Assembly (NCBI GenBank): GCA_038224985.1
Contig: JBBRFD010000004.1
Location: 3,689 to 67,688, forward strand
Origin: Reyranellales bacterium
GTDB lineage: Bacteria > Pseudomonadota > Alphaproteobacteria > Reyranellales > Reyranellaceae
Reading direction: 5' to 3'
DNA: 64,000 bases
How positions within the stretch are numbered: the first letter of the stretch is position 1; every line of letters begins with the position of its first letter. The position numbers and the translations under genes are program-made. Of this stretch, positions 17,214 to 26,968 are shown in pieces. The notes beneath the pieces were generated by a model, which searched no databases, was not told the DNA's origin, and saw nothing but the letters and a program-made list of their open reading frames with translations.

Positions 17214-18716
17214 CTATCTCTTCGAGGCGGGTGTCAGGCGGCCGTAGGCGTTGGAGATCAACGGCCAGAACAGCGCGATCAGGCCCAGGGTCATGATCGT
17301 GGCGACCAGGCCGCTCGACCAGAAAGTCGTGAGGCTGCCACCGGAGATCAGCAGCGACTGGCGGAACGCTTCTTCCGCCCGGTCACCCAGCACGATCGCC
17401 AGCACCAGCGGCGCCAGCGGGTAGTTGCACTTCTTCAACAGATAGCCGGCGACGCCGAACACCAGCATCATGACGACGTCGAAGGTGTTGTTGTGGACGG
17501 TGTAGGCGCCGATCGCGCAGATCACCAGGATGATCGGAGCGATGATGCCGAAGGGCACGCGCAGGATCGCGGCGAAGAATGGCACCATGGTCAGCACGAC
17601 GACGAGGCCCACGATATTGCCCAGGTACATGCTGGCGATCAGGCCCCAGACGAATTCCTTCTGCTCGACGAAGAGCAGCGGCCCGGGCTGCAGGCCCCAG
17701 ATCATCAGGCCGCCCAGCAGCACCGCCGCGGTCGGCGATCCGGGCACGCCCAGCGACAGCATGGGCAGCAGCGCCGAAGTACCGGCGGCATGCGCCGCGG
17801 TTTCGGGCGCGATCACGCCTTCGATCTCGCCCTTGCCGAAGTTGTCGCCGTTCTTCGATGCGCGCTTGGCGATGCCGTAGCTCATGAACGAGGCGGGCGT
17901 GGCGCCGGCCGGAGTGATTCCCATCCAGCAACCGATGATGCAGGAGCGCAGCGAGGTCACCCAGTAGCGCGGCAGCTCCTTCCAGGTCTGCAGGACCACG
18001 GCGGGATTGATGCCCGCCGCCTTGCCCTTGAAGCTGAGCCCTTCCTCCATCGTCAGCAGGATCTCGCCGATGCCGAACAGGCCGATCACGGCCACCAGGA
18101 AATCGAAACCGCCGATCAGCTCGGTGGAACCGAAGGTCAGGCGAAGCCCGCTGGTGACGGTATCGAGGCCGACCGCGGCCAGGGCAAAGCCCAGCATCAT
18201 CGCAGCGACCGTCTTGGCCGGTGGCTCCTTGCCCATGCCGACGAAACTGCAGAAGGCGAGGAAGAACACCGAGAATTTCTCGCGCGGTCCGAATTGCAAG
18301 GCGAAGTCGGCGACCAGCGGTGCGGCCAGCGTGATGACGATGACGGCAAAGAGCGCGCCGACGAAGGACGAGGTGAAGGCCGCCGTCAGCGCCTCGCCCG
18401 CCTTGCCGTTCTGCGCCATGGGGTGACCGTCGAAGGTGGTCGCGACCGACCACGGCTCACCGGGAATGTTGAACAGGATCGAGGTGATGGCGCCGCCGAA
18501 CAGCGCGCCCCAGTAGATGCAGGACAACAGGATGATGCCCGATGTCGGCGACATGCTGAAGGTCAGCGGCAGCAGGATGGCCACGCCATTGGCCCCGCCC
18601 AACCCGGGCAGCACGCCAATGACAACGCCCAACACGATGCCGATGACCATGTAGAGCAGATTCTGCCAGCTTAGGACCACCGAGAATCCGACGAGCAAAT
18701 CGCCAATGCTTTCCAT
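17214..18716 (-). CDS. tctA: Tripartite tricarboxylate transporter large permease
   Basis: GVLPGLG, ILFNIPGEPWS..TTFDG.PMA, APETA, LGVPGS, LQPGPLLF. Confidence 0.92.
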   Translation of the reverse strand: MESIGDLLVGFSVVLSWQNLLYMVIGIVLGVVIGVLPGLGGANGVAILLPLTFSMSPTSGIILLSCIYWGALFGGAITSILFNIPGEPWSVATTFDGHPMAQNGKAGEALTAAFTSSFVGALFAVIVITLAAPLVADFALQFGPREKFSVFFLAFCSFVGMGKEPPAKTVAAMMLGFALAAVGLDTVTSGLRLTFGSTELIGGFDFLVAVIGLFGIGEILLTMEEGLSFKGKAAGINPAVVLQTWKELPRYWVTSLRSCIIGCWMGITPAGATPASFMSYGIAKRASKNGDNFGKGEIEGVIAPETAAHAAGTSALLPMLSLGVPGSPTAAVLLGGLMIWGLQPGPLLFVEQKEFVWGLIASMYLGNIVGLVVVLTMVPFFAAILRVPFGIIAPIILVICAIGAYTVHNNTFDVVMMLVFGVAGYLLKKCNYPLAPLVLAIVLGDRAEEAFRQSLLISGGSLTTFWSSGLVATIMTLGLIALFWPLISNAYGRLTPASKR

Positions 18717-18750
18717 CGATCCCTCTATTCTCTCTACCGTTGCCGGGAAC

Positions 18751-19254
18751 CTAGAGTCCGAGCAACTCCTCGAGTGGCCCCTTGGGCAGAGCCACGAGAA
18801 ACCATCTCTCGAACGTTACGTAGGCGAGGACCTGCAGGCCGATGCCGATGCCCAGGGTCAGCGGCCAGCCGTAGCGGCCGATCCAACGCATGAAGCCGAT
18901 CGTCAGCAGGGCGGACGACACGTAGAGCCCGAGCCACGGCACCGCCGCGACGTAGATGATCATCGGCCAGACGACCTTGACGACCTGGTTAATCTGCGTC
19001 CATTCGGCGAAGAGCTTGCCGCCCCGATCGGCCCAGGCGCGGTAGAGGTTGTAGCCGCTCGTGCCGACGATCAGCAGCCCGACCCAGAAGGGAAAGAAGC
19101 CCGATTGCGGACCTTCCGCTCCCCAGCCAATGCCGACCTTGAGGCTGCCGAAGACGGTGACGGCGCCCAGCACCATCAGGAAAGCGGCAACGCCCATCTC
19201 GACATGGCGATGCCGCGGCCCGGCCATTTCGGGGTCACCGGGGGGATTGGACAT
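18751..19254 (-). CDS. tctB: Tripartite tricarboxylate transporter small permease
   Basis: GIGWGAEGPQSGFFPFWVG, FERWFLVALPKGPLE; lies between tctC and tctA. Confidence 0.88.
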   Translation of the reverse strand: MSNPPGDPEMAGPRHRHVEMGVAAFLMVLGAVTVFGSLKVGIGWGAEGPQSGFFPFWVGLLIVGTSGYNLYRAWADRGGKLFAEWTQINQVVKVVWPMIIYVAAVPWLGLYVSSALLTIGFMRWIGRYGWPLTLGIGIGLQVLAYVTFERWFLVALPKGPLEELLGL

Positions 19255-19309
19255 GAACGACCTCTGGAACTCTTACGGGTGCGCGTGGACTGTCGGCGTT
19301 ATCCGGCCC

Positions 19310-20323
19310 TCAGTTGGTGGCCAGGAAGCCGGCTTCCTTCATCAGGTCGCGATGGCGCTTTTCCTCGTTGTCGACCCATTTCGTGTATTCGGCGCCCGAC
19401 ATGGAGGACTGGTTGAAGGCGCCATCCTTCATGAGCTGCGCCCATTCCGGCGTGGCGCGGACCTTCTTGAACAGTTCGACATAGTACTCGACCACGTCCT
19501 TGGAAACGCCGGCCGGCATGAAGACGCCGCGCAGCATAAGGTACTCGATGTCGAGGCCCTGCGACTTGCAGGTCGGGATATCGGCCCACGACTGGGTGCC
19601 GGCGACCTTGTCCGTGACCGGCAGGGTCTTGCTGTCGAAGACGCAGAGCGGACGGAGCGCGCCGGCGCGCCACTGCGCCACCGCCTCGATTGGATTGTTG
19701 ACGGTCGAATCTATGTGCTTGCCGACGAGCTGGACCGCGACCTCTCCACCGCCCTTGTAGGGGACATAGGTCATCTTGGTGCCGATGGCCTTTTCCATCG
19801 CCACCGTGATGATCTGGTCTTCCTGCTTGGACCCCGTGCCGCCCATCTTGAATTTGCCGGCCGGCGCGGCCTTTATCGCCGCCATGTATTCCTGTGCCGT
19901 CTTGTAGGGCGATTCGGCATTCACCCAGAGCACGAACTCATCCAGCGCCAGCATCGATACCGGCGTCATGTCCTTCCACGAGAAGGGAATGCCGGTGGCC
20001 AGCGGCGTGGTGAAGAGATTCGACAGGGTGATGATCAGCTTGTGCGGGTTGCCCTTGGCGCCCTTGATGTCGAGGAAGCCTTCACCGCCGGCGCCACCCG
20101 CCTTGTTGATGACGACCATGGTCTGGCCCATCAGGTTGTGCTTGGCGATGATGCCCTGGACCATGCGTGCCATCTGGTCGGCGCCGCCGCCAGTGCCGGC
20201 CGGAACGATGAATTCGACGTTGCGCGTCGGCTCCCAGGCGCCGGCGGGAGCGGCGCAAAGGCTTGCCGCCAGCGCGGCCGTGGCCGCAGCCGCAATCGCA
20301 CGCGAACGATGCCGTTTGATCAT
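19310..20323 (-). CDS. tctC: Tripartite tricarboxylate transporter substrate-binding protein (Bug/TctC)
   Basis: Signal peptide; FIVPAGTGGGADQMAR, NKAGGAG, YVPYKGGGE. Confidence 0.92.
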   Translation of the reverse strand: MIKRHRSRAIAAAATAALAASLCAAPAGAWEPTRNVEFIVPAGTGGGADQMARMVQGIIAKHNLMGQTMVVINKAGGAGGEGFLDIKGAKGNPHKLIITLSNLFTTPLATGIPFSWKDMTPVSMLALDEFVLWVNAESPYKTAQEYMAAIKAAPAGKFKMGGTGSKQEDQIITVAMEKAIGTKMTYVPYKGGGEVAVQLVGKHIDSTVNNPIEAVAQWRAGALRPLCVFDSKTLPVTDKVAGTQSWADIPTCKSQGLDIEYLMLRGVFMPAGVSKDVVEYYVELFKKVRATPEWAQLMKDGAFNQSSMSGAEYTKWVDNEEKRHRDLMKEAGFLATN

Positions 20324-20431
20324 TGTGGTGTCCTTCCCGAATATCTTTTTTTTTAGCTGTTACATTGAAGCTACAATGGTTTGGGCGGCGGGTCGAGCGC
20401 CGGCGGGACAACAGCGTGTTACTGAGGCGGC

Positions 20432-21322
20432 ATGATCGACAAGCTGGAATTCCTCATCGCGCTCGCGCGCGAACAGAACTTCGGCAAGGCTGCCGAGCAG
20501 TGCGGCGTGACCCAGCCGACCTTCTCGGCCGGTATCAAGCAGCTCGAGGCGACGCTGGGCGTGCTGCTCGTTCATCGCAAATCGCGTTTCATCGGCTTCA
20601 CCGCCGAGGGCGAGCGCGTGCTCGAATGGGCGCGCGGCATCGTGGCCGACAGTCGGGCGATGCGCCAGGAGCTGCGCGCGCTCAAGCACGGGTTGGTCGG
20701 CCGCCTCAAGGTCGCGGCGATTCCGACGGCGCTCGCCATGGTATCGGCGCTGACCACGCCGTTCCGCGCCAAGCATCCCAACGTTACGTTTACTATCCTG
20801 TCGCGGACCTCGAGCGAGATCCTGTCGATGCTCGAGAATCTCGAAGTCGATGCCGGCCTCACCTATATTGACAACGAACCGCTCGGCCGCGTGCGAGCCA
20901 TGCCGCTCTATATCGAGCAGTATCGGCTGCTGACCTCGGAGACGAGCCCGCTCGGCGATCGCGATAGCGTGACCTGGGCCGAGATTTCCAGGATCCCGCT
21001 TTGCCTGCTGACGCCCGACATGCAGAACCGTCGCATCATCGATCAATTGCTGCGCGCAGCCGGCGGCGTGCCCGATCCGACGCTCGAGTCGAACTCGATG
21101 ATCGTGCTGTTTTCCCACGTCCGGACCGGGCGCTGGGCCAGCGTCATGCCGGAGAAGCTGGCGGACACCCTGGGTCTGACCGAGCACCTGCGCTCGATCC
21201 CCATCGTCGAGCCGGAGGCGGTCCATGGCATCGGCTTGGTCGTGCCTGATCGCGAGCCTATGCCGCCTCTGGCAGCTGCCTTGGTCGCCGAAGCAAAGCT
21301 GCTGGCCAATACCCTGCGGTAG
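20432..21322 (+). CDS. LysR-family regulator (FdsR-like by position)
   Basis: HTH FGKAAEQCGVTQPTFSAGIKQLE; immediately upstream of the fds genes. Confidence 0.9.
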   Translation: MIDKLEFLIALAREQNFGKAAEQCGVTQPTFSAGIKQLEATLGVLLVHRKSRFIGFTAEGERVLEWARGIVADSRAMRQELRALKHGLVGRLKVAAIPTALAMVSALTTPFRAKHPNVTFTILSRTSSEILSMLENLEVDAGLTYIDNEPLGRVRAMPLYIEQYRLLTSETSPLGDRDSVTWAEISRIPLCLLTPDMQNRRIIDQLLRAAGGVPDPTLESNSMIVLFSHVRTGRWASVMPEKLADTLGLTEHLRSIPIVEPEAVHGIGLVVPDREPMPPLAAALVAEAKLLANTLR

Positions 21323-21363
21323 AGGGCCGTATCGGCAAATTGCCTACCAAACTGGGAAAAGTG

Positions 21364-21378
21364 ATAGAAATGTTCTAT
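21364..21378. promoter_or_regulatory. Putative LysR box upstream of fdsG
   Basis: Perfect IR ATAGAA-ATG-TTCTAT containing a T-N11-A core in an AT-rich intergenic region. Confidence 0.55.
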
Positions 21379-21449
21379 TGCATCATCCAACAGCTTTAAT
21401 GCCCACGGTGCGCGAGTGGGGGATTGTGCTGCTCAAAATTGGAGCAAAC

Positions 21450-21923
21450 GTGCCTAAAGTCGCTGAATGGAGCGAGGCGGAGGCCCATCTGATCCTGCGC
21501 CAACACGTCGGGCGGGAAGGGGCCTTATTGCCCATCCTTCACGATCTGCAGGCGACTTTCGGCTGCATTCCAGCGCCGGCCGTGCCCTTCGTCGCCGACG
21601 CACTCAACCTCACCCGGGCCGAGGTCCACGGTGTCGTTAGCTTCTATCATGACTTCCGCGGCAAGCCGGCAGGCCGGCATGTCCTGAAACTCTGTCGTGC
21701 CGAGGCCTGCCAATCGATGAACGGCGAGGCCGTGGCGCAGCAGGTGCTGGACCGCTTCGGCGTCGAGTGGGGCGGAACGACGTCCGACGGGCGCCTCACC
21801 ATCGAAGCCATCTATTGCCTGGGCCTCTGTTCCTGCGGCCCCTCGGCGATGCTAGACGGCGAGCCGATCGGGCGCGTCGGTGCTGCCACGCTCGACGATA
21901 TCGCGCGCGAGGTCGGGCGATGA
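21450..21923 (+). CDS. fdsG: NAD-dependent formate dehydrogenase gamma subunit (NuoE-like)
   Basis: LLPILH, RAEVHGVVSFYHDF, CRAEAC...YCLGLC; GTG start after GGAG. Confidence 0.92.
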   Translation: MPKVAEWSEAEAHLILRQHVGREGALLPILHDLQATFGCIPAPAVPFVADALNLTRAEVHGVVSFYHDFRGKPAGRHVLKLCRAEACQSMNGEAVAQQVLDRFGVEWGGTTSDGRLTIEAIYCLGLCSCGPSAMLDGEPIGRVGAATLDDIAREVGR

Positions 21924-23443
21924 CCAAAATCTTCATCCCGCGCGATGCCGCCGCCCGGGCCGTCGGTGCCGACCGCGTGGCCACTGCCCTCGCCGAGGAG
22001 GCGAAGAAAGCCGGCGTCGCCGTCGAGATCGTACGTACCGGCTCACGCGGCCTGTTCTGGCTCGAGCCGATGGTCGAGGTCGAAACACCTCTAGGCCGCA
22101 TCGGATTTGGCCCCCTGACGGTGAAGGACGTGGCCTCCCTGGTTGCCGGCACGTTCAGCACGAGCCATCCGCTCTGCCTCGGCAAGCCGGAAGAGATCCC
22201 TTTCCTCAAGCGCCAGACCCGCATCACCTTCGCGCGCTGCGGTATCGTCGATCCTGCTTCGCTCGAAGACTATCGCGCCCATAGCGGTTACCGTGGCCTC
22301 GCACGCGCGAGAGAGTTGGGTCCGGCCGGCACGGTGCAGGAGGTGACGGCATCGGGACTGCGCGGCCGTGGCGGCGCGGGCTTCCCCACCGGCATCAAGT
22401 GGAAGACCGTCGCCGACACCTCGGCCGACCGCAAATATATCATCTGCAACGCCGACGAAGGCGACTCGGGCACTTACGCCGACCGCATGCTGATGGAAGG
22501 CGATCCCTTCCTGCTGATCGAGGGCATGACGATCGCGGGCTTCGCCGTCGGCGCCAGCAAGGGCTACATCTACATCCGCTCGGAATATCCCGACGCCATC
22601 CGCGCCATGGAGCGCGCCATCGGGGTGGCGCGCGATGCCGGTTGTCTCGACGGGTTCGACCTCGAGGTTCGTGTCGGTGCCGGCGCCTATGTCTGCGGCG
22701 AGGAGACCTCACTGCTCGAGAGCCTCGAAGGCAAGCGCGGACAGGTGCGGGCCAAGCCGCCGCTGCCGGCGCACAAGGGCCTGTTCGGCAAGCCGACCGT
22801 CATCAACAACCTGATTTCACTCGCCACCATTCCCGCGATCCTGGCCGATGGCGCCAAACACTATGCCGATCTCGGCATGGGCCGCTCGCGCGGCACCATG
22901 CCGATCCAGATCGCCGGCAACGCCAAGCATGGCGGCCTGTTCGAAGCGGCCTTCGGCCTGACCCTGGGCGAGATCGTCGACGACATTGCCGGCGGCACCG
23001 CCAGCGGCCGGCCGGTCCGTGCCGTGCAGGTCGGCGGCCCCCTCGGCGCCTATTTCCCGCGCGCCCTGTTCGACACGCCGTTCGATTACGAGGCCTTCAC
23101 CGCGCGCGAGGGGCTAATCGGCCATGGCGGCATCGTCGTTTTCGACGACAGCGTCGACATGGCGAAGCAGGCACGCTTCGCCCTCGAGTTCTGCGCCATC
23201 GAATCCTGCGGCAAGTGTACGCCCTGCCGTATCGGCTCGGTGCGCGGCACCGAGACCATGGACAAGATCATCGCGGGCGATCGGGTCGAGGCCAACCTCG
23301 CGCTGGTCACCGACCTTTGCCAGACGCTGAAATTCGGCTCGCTCTGCGCGCTGGGCGGCTTCACGCCCTATCCGGTGATGAGCGCGATCAAACATTTCCC
23401 CGAGGACTTCAACCGTCCGCGCCTTGCGGCCGCGGCGGAATAG
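21920..23443 (+). CDS. fdsB: NAD-dependent formate dehydrogenase beta subunit (NuoF-like)
   Basis: GSRGLFWLEP, SGLRGRGGAGFPTG, CNADEGDSGT, GAYVCGEETS, ESCGKCTPCR. Confidence 0.95.
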   Translation: MTKIFIPRDAAARAVGADRVATALAEEAKKAGVAVEIVRTGSRGLFWLEPMVEVETPLGRIGFGPLTVKDVASLVAGTFSTSHPLCLGKPEEIPFLKRQTRITFARCGIVDPASLEDYRAHSGYRGLARARELGPAGTVQEVTASGLRGRGGAGFPTGIKWKTVADTSADRKYIICNADEGDSGTYADRMLMEGDPFLLIEGMTIAGFAVGASKGYIYIRSEYPDAIRAMERAIGVARDAGCLDGFDLEVRVGAGAYVCGEETSLLESLEGKRGQVRAKPPLPAHKGLFGKPTVINNLISLATIPAILADGAKHYADLGMGRSRGTMPIQIAGNAKHGGLFEAAFGLTLGEIVDDIAGGTASGRPVRAVQVGGPLGAYFPRALFDTPFDYEAFTAREGLIGHGGIVVFDDSVDMAKQARFALEFCAIESCGKCTPCRIGSVRGTETMDKIIAGDRVEANLALVTDLCQTLKFGSLCALGGFTPYPVMSAIKHFPEDFNRPRLAAAAE

Positions 23444-23456
23444 GCAGGAGCAGGTC

Positions 23457-26300
23457 ATGTCTCTCATCCACGAGATCGACTACGGCACGCCGCCCAGCAC
23501 GGCAGCGGACACGATCAGCCTGACCATCGACGGCAACACGGTGACGGTGCCGTCCGGCACCTCGATCATGCGGGCGGCCATGGATGCCGGCATCCAGGTC
23601 CCCAAGCTCTGTGCCACCGACTCCGTCGACGCCTTCGGTTCCTGCCGCCTCTGCCTCGTCGAGATCGCCGGCCGTCCCGGCACGCCGGCCTCCTGCACGA
23701 CGCCGGTTGCGCCCGGCATGGTCGTGTCGACCCAGACCGAGCGGCTGAAGCAGGTCCGCAAGGGCGTGATGGAGCTCTACATCTCCGATCATCCGCTCGA
23801 CTGCCTGACCTGCGCGGCCAACGGCGACTGCGAGCTGCAGGACATGGCGGGCGCCGTCGGCCTGCGCGACGTGCGTTACGGTTACCAGGGCGAGAACCAC
23901 CTCAAGGTGGAGAAGGACGAGTCGAACCCGTATTTCACCTTCGACGCCTCCAAGTGCATCGTCTGCTCGCGCTGCGTGCGCGCCTGCGAGGAAGTGCAGG
24001 GCACCTTCGCGCTCACCATCCAGGGTCGCGGCTTTGACTCCAAGGTCTCGGCCGGCATGCTGAGCGACGATTTCCTCAGTTCAGAATGCGTGTCCTGCGG
24101 TGCCTGCGTGCAGGCCTGCCCGACGGCCACCCTGTCGGAGAAGAGCCTGATCGAGATCGGCCAGCCCGAGCATTCAGTGGTCACGACCTGCGCCTATTGC
24201 GGCGTTGGCTGCAGTTTCAAGGCCGAGATGCGCGGCGAAGAGCTGGTGCGCATGGTTCCCTACAAGGACGGCAAGGCCAACCACGGCCATTCCTGCGTCA
24301 AGGGCCGCTTCGCCTGGGGTTACGCCAATCACAAGGAACGCATCCTAAAGCCGATGATCCGCGAGACCATCGACCAGCCGTGGCGCGAGGTGAGCTGGGA
24401 CGTCGCGATCGATCGCGTCGCCTCCGAGTTCAGGCGCTTGCAGGCCCAGCACGGGAAGCTGGCGATCGGCGGCATCACCTCCTCGCGTTGCACCAACGAG
24501 GAAACCTACCTGGTTCAGAAGCTGATCCGCGGCGGCTTCGGCAACAACAACGTCGACACCTGCGCCCGCGTCTGCCATTCGCCGACCGGCTATGGCCTGC
24601 GAGCCACCTTCGGTACCTCGGCCGGCACCCAGGATTTCGATTCGGTCGACGAGAGCGACGTGATCCTGGTGATCGGCGCCAATCCGACCGATGCCCATCC
24701 CGTCTTTGCCTCACGGATGAAGAAGCGCCTGCGCGCGGGCGCCAAGCTGATTGTGATCGATCCGCGCCGTACCGACCTCGTGCGCATGCCCCATATCGAG
24801 GCGCAATATCACCTGCCGTTGCAGCCGGGCACCAATGCCGCGATCCTCAACGCGCTGGCTCACACGATCGTCACCGAAGGTCTGACAGACGAGGCCTTCG
24901 TTCGCGACTTCTGCGATCGCGACGCCTTCGAGCATTGGGCTGCCTTCGTTTGCGAGCCGCAGAACAGCCCGGAGGCCGTCGGTCTCATCGCCGGCGTCTC
25001 ACCGGAAGCGATCCGCGGTGCTGCCCGTCTCTTCGCCACTGGCGGCAACGGCGCGATCTACTACGGTCTCGGCATCACCGAGCACAGCCAGGGCACCACC
25101 TCCGTCATGGCGCTCGCCAATCTGGCGATGGTCACCGGCAATCTCGGGCGGCGCGGCGTCGGCGTGAACCCGCTGCGCGGCCAGAACAACGTCCAGGGCG
25201 CCTGCGACATGGGCTCGTTCCCGCACGAGCTGACCGGCTATCGCCACATCTCCGACGACGCCACGCGCACCATGTTCGAGAAACTATGGGGCGTGCCGCT
25301 CGACAACGAGCCCGGCCTGCGCATCCCCAACATGTTCGATGCGGCGATCGACGGCACCTTCAAGGGCATCTATGTCCAGGGCGAGGACATCCTGCAGTCC
25401 GATCCCAACACCGCCCATGTTGTGAAGGCGCTGGCGGCGATGGAATGCGTCGTCGTGCAGGATCTGTTCCTGAACGAGACGGCGAACTACGCCCATGTCT
25501 TCCTGCCGGGCTCGACCTTCCTCGAGAAGGACGGCACCTTCACCAACGCCGAACGCCGCATCAACCGCGTGCGCAAGGTCATGACGCCGAAGAACGGAAT
25601 GGCCGACTGGGAAATCACGCTGGCCATCGCCAAGGCGATGGGCTTCGAGATGCCCTACAACCATCCCTCGGAGATCATGGACGAGATCGCCGCACTCACG
25701 CCCACCTTCGCCGGGGTCTCCTACGATCTGCTCGACAAGGTCGGCTCGGTCCAATGGCCGTGCAACGAGGCGGCACCGCTTGGCACGCCGATCATGCATA
25801 TCGGCGGCTTCGCCCGCGGCAAGGGCAACTTCATGATCACCGAGTATGTACCGACCGACGAGCGCACGGGGCCGCGCTTCCCGCTGCTGCTGACGACGGG
25901 CCGCATCCTCAGTCATTACAACGTCGGCGCCCAGACGCGGCGCACTGGCAACGTCGCGTGGCATGCCGAGGATCTGCTGGAGATCCATCCGCACGACGCC
26001 GAACTGCGCGGCGTGCGCGACGGCGACTGGGTGAAGCTCGACAGCCGCGCCGGCGGCACGGCGTTGCGTGCGCGCATCACCGATCGCGTGGCGCCGGGCG
26101 TGGTCTATACGACCTTCCATCATCCCGACACGCAGGCCAATGTCGTCACCACCGAGTATTCCGACTGGGCGACGAATTGCCCGGAATACAAGGTCACCGC
26201 CGTCCAGGTCTCGCCGTCCAACGGGCCGAGCGAATGGCAGAAGGGCTATGCCGGACAGGCCGACAACAGCCGGCGGATCGCCAAAGTCGCGGCGGAGTAG
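23457..26300 (+). CDS. fdsA: NAD-dependent formate dehydrogenase alpha (molybdopterin) subunit
   Basis: N-terminal Fe-S motifs, TTCAYCGVGC, DTCARVCH (Cys ligand, no Sec), PLRGQNNVQG, CPEYK. Confidence 0.96.
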   Translation: MSLIHEIDYGTPPSTAADTISLTIDGNTVTVPSGTSIMRAAMDAGIQVPKLCATDSVDAFGSCRLCLVEIAGRPGTPASCTTPVAPGMVVSTQTERLKQVRKGVMELYISDHPLDCLTCAANGDCELQDMAGAVGLRDVRYGYQGENHLKVEKDESNPYFTFDASKCIVCSRCVRACEEVQGTFALTIQGRGFDSKVSAGMLSDDFLSSECVSCGACVQACPTATLSEKSLIEIGQPEHSVVTTCAYCGVGCSFKAEMRGEELVRMVPYKDGKANHGHSCVKGRFAWGYANHKERILKPMIRETIDQPWREVSWDVAIDRVASEFRRLQAQHGKLAIGGITSSRCTNEETYLVQKLIRGGFGNNNVDTCARVCHSPTGYGLRATFGTSAGTQDFDSVDESDVILVIGANPTDAHPVFASRMKKRLRAGAKLIVIDPRRTDLVRMPHIEAQYHLPLQPGTNAAILNALAHTIVTEGLTDEAFVRDFCDRDAFEHWAAFVCEPQNSPEAVGLIAGVSPEAIRGAARLFATGGNGAIYYGLGITEHSQGTTSVMALANLAMVTGNLGRRGVGVNPLRGQNNVQGACDMGSFPHELTGYRHISDDATRTMFEKLWGVPLDNEPGLRIPNMFDAAIDGTFKGIYVQGEDILQSDPNTAHVVKALAAMECVVVQDLFLNETANYAHVFLPGSTFLEKDGTFTNAERRINRVRKVMTPKNGMADWEITLAIAKAMGFEMPYNHPSEIMDEIAALTPTFAGVSYDLLDKVGSVQWPCNEAAPLGTPIMHIGGFARGKGNFMITEYVPTDERTGPRFPLLLTTGRILSHYNVGAQTRRTGNVAWHAEDLLEIHPHDAELRGVRDGDWVKLDSRAGGTALRARITDRVAPGVVYTTFHHPDTQANVVTTEYSDWATNCPEYKVTAVQVSPSNGPSEWQKGYAGQADNSRRIAKVAAE

Positions 26301-26306
26301 GCCGGG

Positions 26307-26540
26307 ATGATATCGACCGACGACAAGCTGGTGATGATGGCCAACCAGATCGGCAAGTTCTTCGTGCCGCAGCGCGGCGCCGATCCGGTTGCCGCCATCG
26401 CCGATCATCTGCAGAAATTCTGGGATCCGCGTATGCGTGCCGCCATCGTGGCACACTTGGCCGCCGGCGGTGCCGGGCTCGAAGGTCCGGTGCGCGAGGC
26501 CGTAGGTCGCCTCAAGGTGCCGAAGGCTGCCAATGGTTGA
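26307..26540 (+). CDS. fdsD: Formate dehydrogenase delta subunit
   Basis: KLVMMANQIGKFF...IADHLQKFWDPRMR. Confidence 0.92.
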   Translation: MISTDDKLVMMANQIGKFFVPQRGADPVAAIADHLQKFWDPRMRAAIVAHLAAGGAGLEGPVREAVGRLKVPKAANG

Positions 26541-26545
26541 GTTGG

Positions 26546-26968
26546 ATGGCTGAGTTGAAGGTCGTCTTCGACCAGATGCCCGATGGCGAGGCTGTCGAGC
26601 GGGTAAAGACCGGCGTCGACTTCCACAACTTCGCCGCCACCGGCGTGTCGGCCTACTATCCGACCAATTTCTTCCTCAGAAGCGCGCGCGGCGAGACCAT
26701 GGGCGGCCTCCTCGGCATGATCTGGGGCGGCTGGCTGCATATCTCGTATCTGTGGGTCGATGAGGCGGTGCGCGGCAAGGGGCACGCCACGCAGATGATG
26801 GATGCGGCCGAAGCCTATGCCCGCGAGCGCCATTGTCACTCGGTGGCGCTCGACACTCATTCCTTCCAGGCGCGCCCGTTCTACGAGAAGCGCGGCTACG
26901 AAGTCTTCGGCACGCTCGACGGTTATCCCGGCGAGCACAAGAAATTCTTCCTCAGGAAGAAGCTTTAA
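26546..26968 (+). CDS. GNAT family N-acetyltransferase
   Basis: 3' end of ORF 24086-26968: WLHISYLWVDEAVRGKGHA...LDTHSFQARPFYEKRGYEVFG. Confidence 0.85.
   Translation: MAELKVVFDQMPDGEAVERVKTGVDFHNFAATGVSAYYPTNFFLRSARGETMGGLLGMIWGGWLHISYLWVDEAVRGKGHATQMMDAAEAYARERHCHSVALDTHSFQARPFYEKRGYEVFGTLDGYPGEHKKFFLRKKL

Noticed and set aside
23457-26300. Possible selenocysteine recoding in FdsA
   Set aside because: The active-site motif is CARVCH with Cys, and there is no in-frame TGA.
24086-26545. 960 aa same-strand alternative-frame ORF overlapping fdsA/fdsD
   Set aside because: Arg/Pro/Gly-rich shadow of high-GC codon usage; only its last 140 aa (GNAT, from 26546) are a real gene.
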